Source: an uncultured Alphaproteobacteria bacterium
GTDB taxonomy: Bacteria > Pseudomonadota > Alphaproteobacteria > HIMB59 > GCA-002718135
Direction: 5' to 3'
DNA: 64,000 bases
NCBI GenBank assembly: GCA_902623545.1
Contig: CACNUI010000004.1
Coordinates: forward strand, 36,860 to 100,859
Position 1 is the stretch's first letter. Each line of letters starts with the position of its first letter. Below the pieces are notes generated by a model, which ran no database searches, was not told the origin of the DNA, and saw only the letters and a program-made list of their open reading frames with translations. Both the position numbers and the translations under genes were made by a program. Positions 8,742-18,235 of this stretch are shown here, in pieces.

Positions 8742-9770
8742 TTAGAAAGTTTGAGTTATTTTACTTAAATATCTTGGCTTGTCAGGGTTTAAATTTTTAC
8801 TGAAAGAATAATTGATTATCCAAGGATAAAATTTTGTCATAATATAAATACAGTCTAAAATATCAAATTTCTTATTAGGTTTAAAATAAAAATTTTTATT
8901 ATAAGTTTTTTGGCTTGAAATTGAATAATATAAATTTGTGGATTTAATTATATCTTTAACGTTATGATTTACTATCTTTCCTGATTTATCATTAGTTTGA
9001 AGGACGAATAATTTAAATTTTTTTTCTATTAGACTTTTTGGGCCATGTAAAACCTCTGCACTACTAAATGGTTCTATTAATTCATAGCATAATTCTTTAA
9101 ATTTAAGAGAAATTTCATTTGCTAAAGCAAGCCCTACTCCTCTACTAATTATATATCCATAATTAACTTTATTATTAATTTGATTAGCATTCCATTGATT
9201 AATTTCATCTTTTATCAAAAATTCACTTAGCTTTAATATTTCATCATTAATATTTTTTTGATTAATCGAACAAAATATTAATTTTATTATTATAGTAATA
9301 GTCATTAAGAATGATTTTGTTGCTGCAATACTTTTTTCTTTTCCAGCATAAATATCAAGAAAAAAACTTGAGTTTTTTAACATTGGACTATTTTGGTTGT
9401 TACAAAGAACAATGGTTTTTGCTCCCATTCTTCTTACCTGTTTTTCACACTCAATTAAATCCTTTCCCATTCCAGACTGGGAAATTAATAAAACTAAAGC
9501 TTGGGAAAAATCAAATTTTGATTTTTCAATTGTGATTATTGAAGGAGGTAATGAATATGTAGGTAATTTACAATATTTAGCAAATAAATAGGATGAGAAT
9601 AATGCAGCACAATCAGAAGTGCCTCTAGCAATAGTAACAATATATCTAATTTTTTTACTATTTATTAATTTAGTGATAGATTTATAATCATTTTTGTCAT
9701 TAAAAAAAAAATTATTTAGAACATGGGGTATACTAAGTGCCTCTTTAAGAACTAATGAGTTTTTTTTCAA
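8742..9770 (-). CDS. Double-SIS-domain protein, GlmS-isomerase-like (NagB-II/AgaS-type amino-sugar-6-P deaminase/isomerase)
   Basis: ARGTSDCAA and ISQSGMGKDL SIS motifs. It sits immediately downstream of nagA in the same operon. The predicted start overlaps the nagA stop by 26 nt. Confidence 0.7.
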   Translation of the reverse strand: MKKNSLVLKEALSIPHVLNNFFFNDKNDYKSITKLINSKKIRYIVTIARGTSDCAALFSSYLFAKYCKLPTYSLPPSIITIEKSKFDFSQALVLLISQSGMGKDLIECEKQVRRMGAKTIVLCNNQNSPMLKNSSFFLDIYAGKEKSIAATKSFLMTITIIIKLIFCSINQKNINDEILKLSEFLIKDEINQWNANQINNKVNYGYIISRGVGLALANEISLKFKELCYELIEPFSSAEVLHGPKSLIEKKFKLFVLQTNDKSGKIVNHNVKDIIKSTNLYYSISSQKTYNKNFYFKPNKKFDILDCIYIMTKFYPWIINYSFSKNLNPDKPRYLSKITQTF

Positions 9771-10836
9771 CTTTTTCTCCTTTTAAATATATATCTTTTA
9801 TTTTATATTTTTTATCAAGAACAATAAAATTTGAAAGATAGTTTTCTTTTATGTGTCCAACATTATCAAGATTTAAAAATTCTGCAGCGTTAGAGCTTGT
9901 CATTTCTACTGCTTCATTTAAGTCATAACCTAGTTCAATCAAATTAATAAATATATCATACATGGTTACAACACTTCCAGCCAAAGTATTGTTATTTTTT
10001 AATTTAATAGTATTGCCTTTTTTAACTATATCATTGTTAAATAATTTGTATTCTCCGTCTTGTAATCCATTTACACTAACTGAGTCAGTAACTGCATATA
10101 GTTTGTTAATTGATTTTTTTGCTATTTTAATTGCTTCAGAACTAACATGAAGTTTATCACAAATAATTTCTGCATACGTTCCATACGCTAAAGCGGCAGA
10201 CAAAACTCCAGGATTTCTATGATCATTTCCTGACATGGCATTATATAAATGTGTAAAACTAATATTATATTTATCCATATATTTTGTACAACATTCAGAA
10301 GAGGCTAATGAGTGGCCAAATTGAATTCCAATCTTTTTTGAATCTAGATACTTAATAAACGACTCCATGCCATCAAGCTCAGGTGCTATAGTTATAGTTC
10401 TTACATCAGCAATATCTAATATTTCATCTAGAAATTCAATTGACGGCTCTATAGACAAAGCTGGTTGGGCTCCTAATTTTTTTGGATTTATGAATGGTCC
10501 TTCTAAATGTATTCCAAATATATTTCCTGCTCTATTATTACTTTTGATATTCTTTAGTGCATTTTTTGTATGACTTATTGTACTCGTCCATGTAGATGGC
10601 AATATAGAAGTGGTTCCATGCTCTAAATGAAATAAGGACATCTTATTAATTGCTTCATATCCTTGCATGGTATCAGCTCCAATTGCCCCATGACAATGCG
10701 GATCTATAAAACCAGGAATAATTAAATCTTCATTATTTTCTGTTTCACTATTAATTTTAGTAATTTTATTTGTAAAAGAAATAGAACCAAAAAAAGTCTT
10801 TTTACAATTTATTATTTTACCATAAATTTTATTCAT
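9745..10836 (-). CDS. nagA: N-acetylglucosamine-6-phosphate deacetylase
   Basis: PGFIDPHCHGAIG, HLEGPFINPKKLGAQ and HLYNAMS motifs of the NagA amidohydrolase family. Confidence 0.9.
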   Translation of the reverse strand: MNKIYGKIINCKKTFFGSISFTNKITKINSETENNEDLIIPGFIDPHCHGAIGADTMQGYEAINKMSLFHLEHGTTSILPSTWTSTISHTKNALKNIKSNNRAGNIFGIHLEGPFINPKKLGAQPALSIEPSIEFLDEILDIADVRTITIAPELDGMESFIKYLDSKKIGIQFGHSLASSECCTKYMDKYNISFTHLYNAMSGNDHRNPGVLSAALAYGTYAEIICDKLHVSSEAIKIAKKSINKLYAVTDSVSVNGLQDGEYKLFNNDIVKKGNTIKLKNNNTLAGSVVTMYDIFINLIELGYDLNEAVEMTSSNAAEFLNLDNVGHIKENYLSNFIVLDKKYKIKDIYLKGEKVEKKLISS

Positions 10837-11765
10837 TTGTTTGCAGTTAAAATTCTTTTATCATTATATAAGTTTTCTACAAATTCTTTTTTTTGTGTCA
10901 TTAAGTATGCGCCATATAAAGGATTTGTTTTATTTATGAATACGATTTTTTTAAATTTTTTTGGAGTATTTTGAAAGTAAAATTTAGCTAATCCTCCTGA
11001 GAGATATATTTGTTTCTTTTTTTTATTATTAACTAAGTAATTTAATATACTTATATATTCTGTAATTATTTCTTTATAAATTTTTTTTGCAATTTTAGAT
11101 TTATTTAAAAATTTTAAAAAAATTTTAAAAAGAGATGCTATTTTTTCTACATCATTATCTATTATTTTTTTCATAACAATTTGGTCTTTATTACCAAAAT
11201 AAATAATTAGATCTTTGTATATAGGGTCATTTTTTTCTATATTATCTATATATTTTAATAAATAAGCTGTGAGTCTATTTCCAATCCAGTATCCACTACA
11301 TTGGTCTCCAAATATATGACCCCATCCTCCTATTTGAAACTGTGTATATTTATTAATAAAGAAATGTATTACTGATCCTGTCCCTATATTAAAAGATGCA
11401 ATATTTTCATATTCTTTCTTTTGTGTATTTTTAAGAATAGATAATAGTGAAATATGGCCATCAGTTGAAATAAAAATTTTTTTATATTTATATAATTTTT
11501 TTCTTATAATATTTTTTTTTGCTTTATTTCTTCCTCCTGCTAAACCCAAACTTATTATTATATTTTTTTTTCTTATATTTTTTAATATTTTTGATTTTTT
11601 CAAGTGATCATATATAGAATTTAATGATAAACAAAAATTATTTTCAATATTACATAAGCCTCCAAAATTTTTTTCTAAAATATTACCATTTATGTCAAAA
11701 ACTGCAGATCTAGATTTTGAGGCTCCTCCATCTAAACAAAAGATATAATCATTTTTTTTAATCAC
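10833..11765 (-). CDS. BadF/BadG/BcrA/BcrD-type ATPase, probable N-acetylglucosamine kinase
   Basis: DGGASKSRSAV phosphate-1 motif and GGWGHIFGDQCSGYWIG block typical of this kinase family. It is the first gene of the nag operon. Confidence 0.65.
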   Translation of the reverse strand: MIKKNDYIFCLDGGASKSRSAVFDINGNILEKNFGGLCNIENNFCLSLNSIYDHLKKSKILKNIRKKNIIISLGLAGGRNKAKKNIIRKKLYKYKKIFISTDGHISLLSILKNTQKKEYENIASFNIGTGSVIHFFINKYTQFQIGGWGHIFGDQCSGYWIGNRLTAYLLKYIDNIEKNDPIYKDLIIYFGNKDQIVMKKIIDNDVEKIASLFKIFLKFLNKSKIAKKIYKEIITEYISILNYLVNNKKKKQIYLSGGLAKFYFQNTPKKFKKIVFINKTNPLYGAYLMTQKKEFVENLYNDKRILTANK

Positions 11766-11786
11766 AATTTAGTATAATCAATAATT

Positions 11787-12464
11787 ATGATTAAAAAAAA
11801 TAAATTAATCTTAGATAGCCTAAAAAAAGGGTTAATTGCATCATGTCAACCTATTCCAAATGGTCCAATGGATAGTTCATCTATAATTTTAGGACTTGCA
11901 AGATCATCTATAATAGGTGGAGCTACAGGTTTAAGGATTGAAAATAAAAAAAATATTAAATTAGTTAAAAACAATACAAAAGTACCAATTATTGGTTTAA
12001 TCAAAAGAAATTTAAAAAATTATCCAATAATAATTTCACCATATCTCTCAGATATTGCAATGATCGCAAAAGCTGGTGCTGATATAATAGCATTTGACGC
12101 TACTAATAGAAAAAGACCAGAAAGTGTAATAAATATTATAAATGAAATAAAAAAATTTAATAAAATATCTATGGCAGATTGCTCATCAATTAATGATGTT
12201 TTCAATGCAATTGAGAGTGGAGTAGATATAATTGGAACTACTTTATCTGGATATACAAAAAATAAAGTTCCTAAATATCCAGATTTTAACTTATTGAAAA
12301 AGGCAATAAGTTTAGGAAAACCTGTAATTGCTGAAGGAAGGTTTAATACACCATATTTAGCTAAAAAGGCTATAAAAATGGGTGCCCACTCAGTTGTAGT
12401 TGGTACTGCATTAAATAGGGTCGAAATAATTACTAATAATTTTGTAAAAACAATTGATGAGTAA
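11787..12464 (+). CDS. nanE: N-acetylmannosamine-6-phosphate 2-epimerase
   Basis: LIASCQP, GATGLRIE, IGTTLSGYT, AEGR and VVVGTALNR blocks typical of NanE. Confidence 0.85.
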   Translation: MIKKNKLILDSLKKGLIASCQPIPNGPMDSSSIILGLARSSIIGGATGLRIENKKNIKLVKNNTKVPIIGLIKRNLKNYPIIISPYLSDIAMIAKAGADIIAFDATNRKRPESVINIINEIKKFNKISMADCSSINDVFNAIESGVDIIGTTLSGYTKNKVPKYPDFNLLKKAISLGKPVIAEGRFNTPYLAKKAIKMGAHSVVVGTALNRVEIITNNFVKTIDE

Positions 12465-13320
12465 ATATTTTGTAGCCATTGATATTGGAGGAACAAAAAT
12501 ATCAGTATGCTTTTTTAAAAAAAACATAATTGCAAAGAAAAAACAATTTAAAACATCAAAATTTGGTCCTTCAAATTTAACAAATGTTAGAAACTATCTT
12601 TTAACAAATAATAAAGATATTGCGGCAATTGGTATAGCTACAACCGGCTTAATACATAAAAAAAAATGGTCCACTTTAAATAGAAATATGATTGGTAGTT
12701 TTGATAAATTTCCTATAGTTAATTTTTTTAAAAAAAAATTCAATACACCAATATTTGCTATTGGAGATACACATGCTGCTTCTTTAGGAGAATTGTATTA
12801 TGGAAATGGCAAAAATTTAAAAGACTTTTTTTATATTACTGTTTCAACAGGAATTGGAGGATCAGCAGTTATTAATAAAAAGATTTTAAATTCTGATAAA
12901 AAGATAGTTGGGCAGATTGGACATACAGTAATCAAGTATAATGGAAAAATTTGTGGTTGTGGCAGAAATGGATGTTTAGAAGCTTACTCTTCGGGTACAG
13001 CAATTGAAAAAAAAATTAATAAAAAACTAAAATTTAATTTAAAATTAAAAGAAATTATTAAAGAACATATAAAAAATAAATTTGTTATAAAAAGCTTGGA
13101 TGAAGCAGCATTAGCATTATCAGAAAGTATTATAAATATTCATAATATACTTGGAATAAAAAATTTTATTATTGGTGGAAGTGTAGGATTAAACAATATT
13201 GTATTTAAAAAAGTTAAGTTTTTTGTTTTTAAGAAAAATACTGATATTAAATTAATCAAGGCAGGTTTAAAAAATGATGCGGAAACTTATGGTTGTTTAG
13301 CTTACTCGAAATTTAATTAA
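12454..13320 (+). CDS. ROK-family sugar kinase (probable N-acetylmannosamine kinase)
   Basis: AIDIGGTKISV ATP motif, ITVSTGIGGS, and the zinc motif GHTV...CGCGRNGCLE. It overlaps the nanE end by 11 nt. Confidence 0.75.
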   Translation: MMSKYFVAIDIGGTKISVCFFKKNIIAKKKQFKTSKFGPSNLTNVRNYLLTNNKDIAAIGIATTGLIHKKKWSTLNRNMIGSFDKFPIVNFFKKKFNTPIFAIGDTHAASLGELYYGNGKNLKDFFYITVSTGIGGSAVINKKILNSDKKIVGQIGHTVIKYNGKICGCGRNGCLEAYSSGTAIEKKINKKLKFNLKLKEIIKEHIKNKFVIKSLDEAALALSESIINIHNILGIKNFIIGGSVGLNNIVFKKVKFFVFKKNTDIKLIKAGLKNDAETYGCLAYSKFN

Positions 13321-13323
13321 ATA

Positions 13324-14163
13324 TTACTTAACTGCCCCAGAAGTTATACTTCTAATCAATTGTCTTGAAAAAATAATATAAAAAATAAGTATTGGTATTA
13401 ATGCTGTAGAAAGAGAAGCAAATACAGCATTCCAATTAGTTACATATTGTCCAATATATTGCTGCATTCCCAAAATTACAGTTTGTTTACCACTAGATGG
13501 AGCAAGAACTAAAGGCCACCATATATCATTCCATACGGGTACCATAGTAAAAACTGCAACCGTTGCTAATGGTGGTCTTAGCAACGGTAATATTATATAA
13601 AAAAATAATTGATATTCATTTACTCCATCACATCTGGCGGCCTCTTTTAATTCATTATTAACCTGTTTCATAAATTCAGACAAAATCCATATAGCCAAAG
13701 GCAAACTTTGGGCTGTATAGACAACAATTAATCCAGTAAGAGTGTTAACCAAACCCATTGAATTAAGAACTTGAAGAACACTTACAGTTCCTAGTTTAAT
13801 TGGCATCATAATTCCAAAAGCAAGATACAATCCCAACATAGTGTTTCCTTTAAATTTATATTCTGATAATGCCCAAGCAGCCATCGCACCAAAAAGAAGC
13901 ACTAAAAAAAGTGTGATTAAAGTAACAGTTATTGAATTATAAAAATATATTCCAAAGTCCACTCTTGAAAACATTTTAGTAAAACCTGTTAAGCTAAAGG
14001 TTTCTTCAGAAGGTAAGCTTAATGGTTCTTTAAAAATAGCTTTTCTTTTTTTAAATGAATTAGATAACAATAAGTAAACAGGAAACATACATATAAGTGT
14101 GTACAATAAAAGAACACTATGCATAATTAGTTGATTAATTTTGTCTTGATAGGATCTCATCAA
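13324..14163 (-). CDS. Carbohydrate ABC transporter permease (MalG/UgpE-like)
   Basis: Six TM segments and EAA loop EAARCDGVNEYQLFFYIILP. Confidence 0.85.
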   Translation of the reverse strand: MMRSYQDKINQLIMHSVLLLYTLICMFPVYLLLSNSFKKRKAIFKEPLSLPSEETFSLTGFTKMFSRVDFGIYFYNSITVTLITLFLVLLFGAMAAWALSEYKFKGNTMLGLYLAFGIMMPIKLGTVSVLQVLNSMGLVNTLTGLIVVYTAQSLPLAIWILSEFMKQVNNELKEAARCDGVNEYQLFFYIILPLLRPPLATVAVFTMVPVWNDIWWPLVLAPSSGKQTVILGMQQYIGQYVTNWNAVFASLSTALIPILIFYIIFSRQLIRSITSGAVK

Positions 14164-15098
14164 TATTGATACCTTGTTATTCTTTTTTGAAAGGCAAATA
14201 AGTAAACCAATACTCCAATGAGTATAATGCCAAAAGTGGCAGATGCCACTGTTGCGCCCATAGTTGGATTTCCTAGTTGGTGCTGAAATCCAAAAAAAGT
14301 TCTATAAAAAAATGTTCCCATTAAATCAGTTGAAAACTCAGGTCCGGCATATAAGCCCCTAATTGCAAAAATTAGATCAAAAGCATTAAAGTTACCGACA
14401 TATGTTAATATGACCATTAACCCAACAGTAGGCATAATTAGGGGTAACTTAATATACCAAAAAGTAGTAATACCATTAGAGCCATCAATTTTAGATGCTT
14501 CAAGAACTTCATCAGGAATATTTAATAGTGCAGCATAAAATAGCATCATAGGAATTCCAACAAATTGCCATATAGAAATTAAGGATATTGTAATTAAGGC
14601 AGTTTCCTTTAGTCCTAACCAAGGTTGATAAAGATTTTCTAAACCTACCGCGCCAAGTAATGTTTGAGGTATACCCCAGAGGTTGGATAGAATAAGATTA
14701 AAGATGTAACCAACTATAACAATGGACATCATTGCTGGTAAAAATATTAACGTTCTATATGTGCCTTTAAATTTTAATTCTTTAGATGACAAAAATGCTG
14801 CTATGAGTAAACCTATAGGTGTTTGGATTGAAACGTGTAGAATAAAAAAATATGTATTATTTTTTAAGGCATTCCAAAAATGATATGACCACAATTCATC
14901 AAAAAATAGTATTCTGTAGTTGTTAATTCCGGTAAATGTTCTGACACCAGTAGTATTATCTAAATTACTTCCCATTAAGTCCTGAGTGTAGAAACTTATT
15001 CTTAATGTATCAAATAAAGGAAAAATCATAAAAATTGTGTAGATAAAACATGCTGGAAACAAAAATACAATTATATGATAGGGAAATTTTTTTTTCAT
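14160..15098 (-). CDS. Carbohydrate ABC transporter permease (MalF/UgpA-like)
   Basis: TM-rich, with EAA loop EASKIDGSNGITTFWYIKLP. It has a 4-nt overlap with the downstream permease gene. Confidence 0.85.
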   Translation of the reverse strand: MKKKFPYHIIVFLFPACFIYTIFMIFPLFDTLRISFYTQDLMGSNLDNTTGVRTFTGINNYRILFFDELWSYHFWNALKNNTYFFILHVSIQTPIGLLIAAFLSSKELKFKGTYRTLIFLPAMMSIVIVGYIFNLILSNLWGIPQTLLGAVGLENLYQPWLGLKETALITISLISIWQFVGIPMMLFYAALLNIPDEVLEASKIDGSNGITTFWYIKLPLIMPTVGLMVILTYVGNFNAFDLIFAIRGLYAGPEFSTDLMGTFFYRTFFGFQHQLGNPTMGATVASATFGIILIGVLVYLFAFQKRITRYQY

Positions 15099-15122
15099 TT
15101 ATTATATCTCAAATAGTTAAAT

Positions 15123-15152
15123 AAAGGATCGCGAAATTTATCGCGATCCTTT
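15123..15152 (-). terminator. Intra-operon hairpin between the binding-protein gene and the permease genes (partial terminator/attenuator or mRNA stabiliser)
   Basis: AAAGGATCGCGA-aattta-TCGCGATCCTTT, a 9-12 bp stem, flanked by a 14-nt T/A run (15150-15163). Confidence 0.5.
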
Positions 15153-15164
15153 TTTTTTTTTTTG

Positions 15165-16415
15165 TTATTGGTGTGGCTCGTACCAATTAGCTAAACTAGC
15201 TTCAGTTTTTGCTGCACCTTCTTCAGGAGTCATAGTGCCATTAATAACACTTGATACAACTTCGTAGATCACTCCATCTAAGTTTGGTTCACCTCTTCCA
15301 ACTATATGACTACTATTTCTGATAGTAGTGTCACAAGTATCTTTCCAGCTAATAAATTCTTTAGCAACTGGATCATTAACATTTATTGAATGAGTATGTA
15401 GTGGGAAAAATCCAGGAACTTCATTTGCAAATATTTCAGCAAATTCAGCGCTTGTTAACCACTCTAAGAAAATCTTAGCCTCAGCTTTGTTTTTTGAAGC
15501 AGAATTTAATCCTATACCAATATCGGTGTGATCATCAATGTAACAATCTGTTTGACCATCTTGTGTATATGGTGGAAAAGCACTAAATTCAAAATCAGCA
15601 TTTTGAGAAAATGTAAATATCTCCCAAGATCCAGTTGGATAAATTGCTGCCATTCCAAGTGTAAATAAGTTTTGACTATCAGGATACGTTTGAGTTTGAT
15701 ACCCATCAGCCATATAGTTGCTCCATCTTTGCAATGAAGTTAATAAATCCACATAGTGTTGATCAGTGAATTTTTCTTCACCAGTGATGATAGCCTTACG
15801 ACCTTTTTCACCTGCCCAATAATTAGGTCCAACATTTTGCCAACCCATAATTGCAGTTGCCCAAGTATCTGCTGTACCAATTGCTAATGGAGTATAATTT
15901 CCATCATCTTTGATTTTATCTAAAGTTGCAAAAAACTCACTTTCAGTTTTTGGAATTGATAATCCAAGTTCTGCAAAAATTTCTTTGTTGTACATAAATC
16001 CATGTGAAACTGAAGCCATTGGGACACAGAATAAATCAGAACCATCATCTGTACTCCATGCATCTTTTGCAACTTGAGGATAATTATCTAATCCTCCTAA
16101 AGAATTAAGAGAGTCTAACCAGCCTCTGTTAAATAATTTTAATGATTGGTCAAATGGAATACAAGTAATTAAATCTCCCGCAGTACCCCCCTCAAGCTTA
16201 GCATTCATACTACCAGCATATTGAACTGGTATCGTAGTTTGAAAAATAACCTCAATATCTGGATATTTAGCGTTAAACGCAGGAATTATTGCATTGTTCC
16301 ATGCATCCGCATCATCATTTCTCCAAGATTCAATTACCAATTTACCAGCATAAGCTGTATTGAATACAAACAAGGATGAAATAGATATTAATGTTATAGA
16401 AATAAATTTCCTCAT
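15165..16415 (-). CDS. Extracellular solute-binding protein, family 1 (sugar/oligosaccharide ABC importer)
   Basis: Signal peptide MRKFISITLISISSLFVFNTAYAG and an AAGGAG RBS. Family-level resemblance to carbohydrate SBPs. It lies upstream of two sugar permease genes. Confidence 0.8.
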   Translation of the reverse strand: MRKFISITLISISSLFVFNTAYAGKLVIESWRNDDADAWNNAIIPAFNAKYPDIEVIFQTTIPVQYAGSMNAKLEGGTAGDLITCIPFDQSLKLFNRGWLDSLNSLGGLDNYPQVAKDAWSTDDGSDLFCVPMASVSHGFMYNKEIFAELGLSIPKTESEFFATLDKIKDDGNYTPLAIGTADTWATAIMGWQNVGPNYWAGEKGRKAIITGEEKFTDQHYVDLLTSLQRWSNYMADGYQTQTYPDSQNLFTLGMAAIYPTGSWEIFTFSQNADFEFSAFPPYTQDGQTDCYIDDHTDIGIGLNSASKNKAEAKIFLEWLTSAEFAEIFANEVPGFFPLHTHSINVNDPVAKEFISWKDTCDTTIRNSSHIVGRGEPNLDGVIYEVVSSVINGTMTPEEGAAKTEASLANWYEPHQ

Positions 16416-16476
16416 AATAATACTCCTTACTATCTTTTAATTTTAAAAGTATAGTATAGTAATATTATTATTCTTT

Positions 16477-17517
16477 ATGGGTCAAGCTAATATCTTAAAC
16501 AAAGATGAAGTACTCAAAAAAGTATTTATAAAACACAAAGCTAAAAATCATATTAATGTAAATTTTGAAATAATTAATAATAGTCAAAATAAATTATTCA
16601 AATTACCCATCATTTCTATGAAAAATATGAGTGGACCTGTTGTTCTTCTAATAGGTGCCAATCATGGAGATGAGACTGAAGGTTTCATTTCATTATTTAA
16701 ATTAATAAAAAATCTTAAATTAGAGGATATTAAAGGTCATTTAATTATTATACCAGCTTTAAATTTACCAGCTTTAAATAATGGAAATAGAGTTTCATTG
16801 TTTGATAAAATAGATATGAATAGAAGTTTTTATAAAAATAACAATAATAGTTTAACTTTTAAAATTTCAAATTTTTTAAAAGAAAGTATTATACCTAATG
16901 TGGAAATAATTTTAGATATTCATTCTGGAGGGAGAAATAGAAAGTTTTTAGAAATGGCTAAATACTATCAATATGAAAATAAATCCCTTATGAAAAAATC
17001 TAAAGAAATTGCAATGGCTTTTGGTGCGCCAATATATTTAAAACACTATGAAAAAAATCCACATGGCATGCTTGATGTTCTAGCAGTAAAATCTAAAAAA
17101 ATATATGTTAGTGCTGAATTAGGTGGAGGCGGCTTAGCTAGTAAAAAATCTATATCAATTGCAGACAATGGAATAAATAATGTTTTGAAATTTCTTAAAA
17201 TAATAAAATATGATTTAAAATATATTTCTAAGATTAAAAAGAAAAAATCAAAACTTATGTATTTTAATGATTTAAATAAGAATTTTATATTTTCAAAAAC
17301 AGATGGAATTTTTGAAATAAATGTCAATATTGATTCAAAAATTACTAAAGATGATTTAATTGGCACAATTCATTTTCCAGATAAACCCAAAAAAGAGCCA
17401 AAGAGAATAATTTCAAAGCTTTCAGGTGTCGTAATTGGTATAACAAATAAATCATTTGTTAAAAAAGGTGATTTATTAGTTTTAATTGGTGTTATAAAGG
17501 GAAAAAATTATGATTAA
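16477..17517 (+). CDS. Succinylglutamate desuccinylase/aspartoacylase (AstE/AspA) family zinc deacylase
   Basis: LLIGANHGDETEG zinc-binding H-x-x-E motif and DIHSGG second His motif. Confidence 0.7.
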   Translation: MGQANILNKDEVLKKVFIKHKAKNHINVNFEIINNSQNKLFKLPIISMKNMSGPVVLLIGANHGDETEGFISLFKLIKNLKLEDIKGHLIIIPALNLPALNNGNRVSLFDKIDMNRSFYKNNNNSLTFKISNFLKESIIPNVEIILDIHSGGRNRKFLEMAKYYQYENKSLMKKSKEIAMAFGAPIYLKHYEKNPHGMLDVLAVKSKKIYVSAELGGGGLASKKSISIADNGINNVLKFLKIIKYDLKYISKIKKKKSKLMYFNDLNKNFIFSKTDGIFEINVNIDSKITKDDLIGTIHFPDKPKKEPKRIISKLSGVVIGITNKSFVKKGDLLVLIGVIKGKNYD

Positions 17518-18235
17518 GAATAGTTATGTCAACAAATATATTGCTGAATCCAAGAAATCTATAGAGCTTATTTCAAAAACACAAAATAAAAAATTAAATC
17601 AAGCTGCAGATTTATTTTGTAGAACATATTTTAATAATGGTATGATATATATTTTTGGAACAGGTCATTCACATATGATTGCAGAAGAAGGACATTTTCG
17701 TGCTGGTGGATTTGCACCAATTTGCCCCATTTTATCATCTAGTACTATGCTGCATGAAAGTGCAACTTTTAGTTCACAAATTGAAAGAACAAAAGGTGTA
17801 GCTTCTCAATTGTTAGACAAATATAATTTAACATCTAACGATATTATTATTATTATTTCTAATAGTGGTGTTAATCAAGCGCCTATCGAAGCTACACTGT
17901 ATGCTAAAAAAAGGAAAACTAAAGTAATTGGAATTTCTTCTTTAAAATACTCCAAAAAAATTAATAAAAACAAAAAATTGTATCAACTGTCAGATTTACA
18001 TATAGATAACTGTGGCCCAAGAGGTGATGCAGTTATAGCTATAAAAAAGTATAGAGTTGCTCCATTCTCAACTATTGGTGGAGTTGCAATTATTAATTCA
18101 ATTATTTCTGAAGTTGCATATAAACTAAGAGATGAAAACCCATTCCCGTTTTATATAAGCTCTAATATGCCAAATTCTAAAGTACACAATGAAAAATTAT
18201 TTGCAAAATATAGATCTAGAAACCCTCATCTATAA
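17510..18235 (+). CDS. SIS-domain protein of the UPF0309 family (phosphosugar-binding, function unknown)
   Basis: IFGTGHSHMIAEEGHFRAGGFAPICPIL block characteristic of UPF0309, plus IIISNSGVN. It overlaps the upstream deacylase gene by 8 nt. Confidence 0.7.
   Translation: MIKNSYVNKYIAESKKSIELISKTQNKKLNQAADLFCRTYFNNGMIYIFGTGHSHMIAEEGHFRAGGFAPICPILSSSTMLHESATFSSQIERTKGVASQLLDKYNLTSNDIIIIISNSGVNQAPIEATLYAKKRKTKVIGISSLKYSKKINKNKKLYQLSDLHIDNCGPRGDAVIAIKKYRVAPFSTIGGVAIINSIISEVAYKLRDENPFPFYISSNMPNSKVHNEKLFAKYRSRNPHL

Noticed and set aside
15150-15163. The hairpin plus 14-nt T-run read as a plus-strand rho-independent terminator.
   Set aside because: No plus-strand gene ends upstream of it, and both flanking genes are on the minus strand. 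The hairpin is therefore interpreted as an intra-operon element of the minus-strand transporter transcript.
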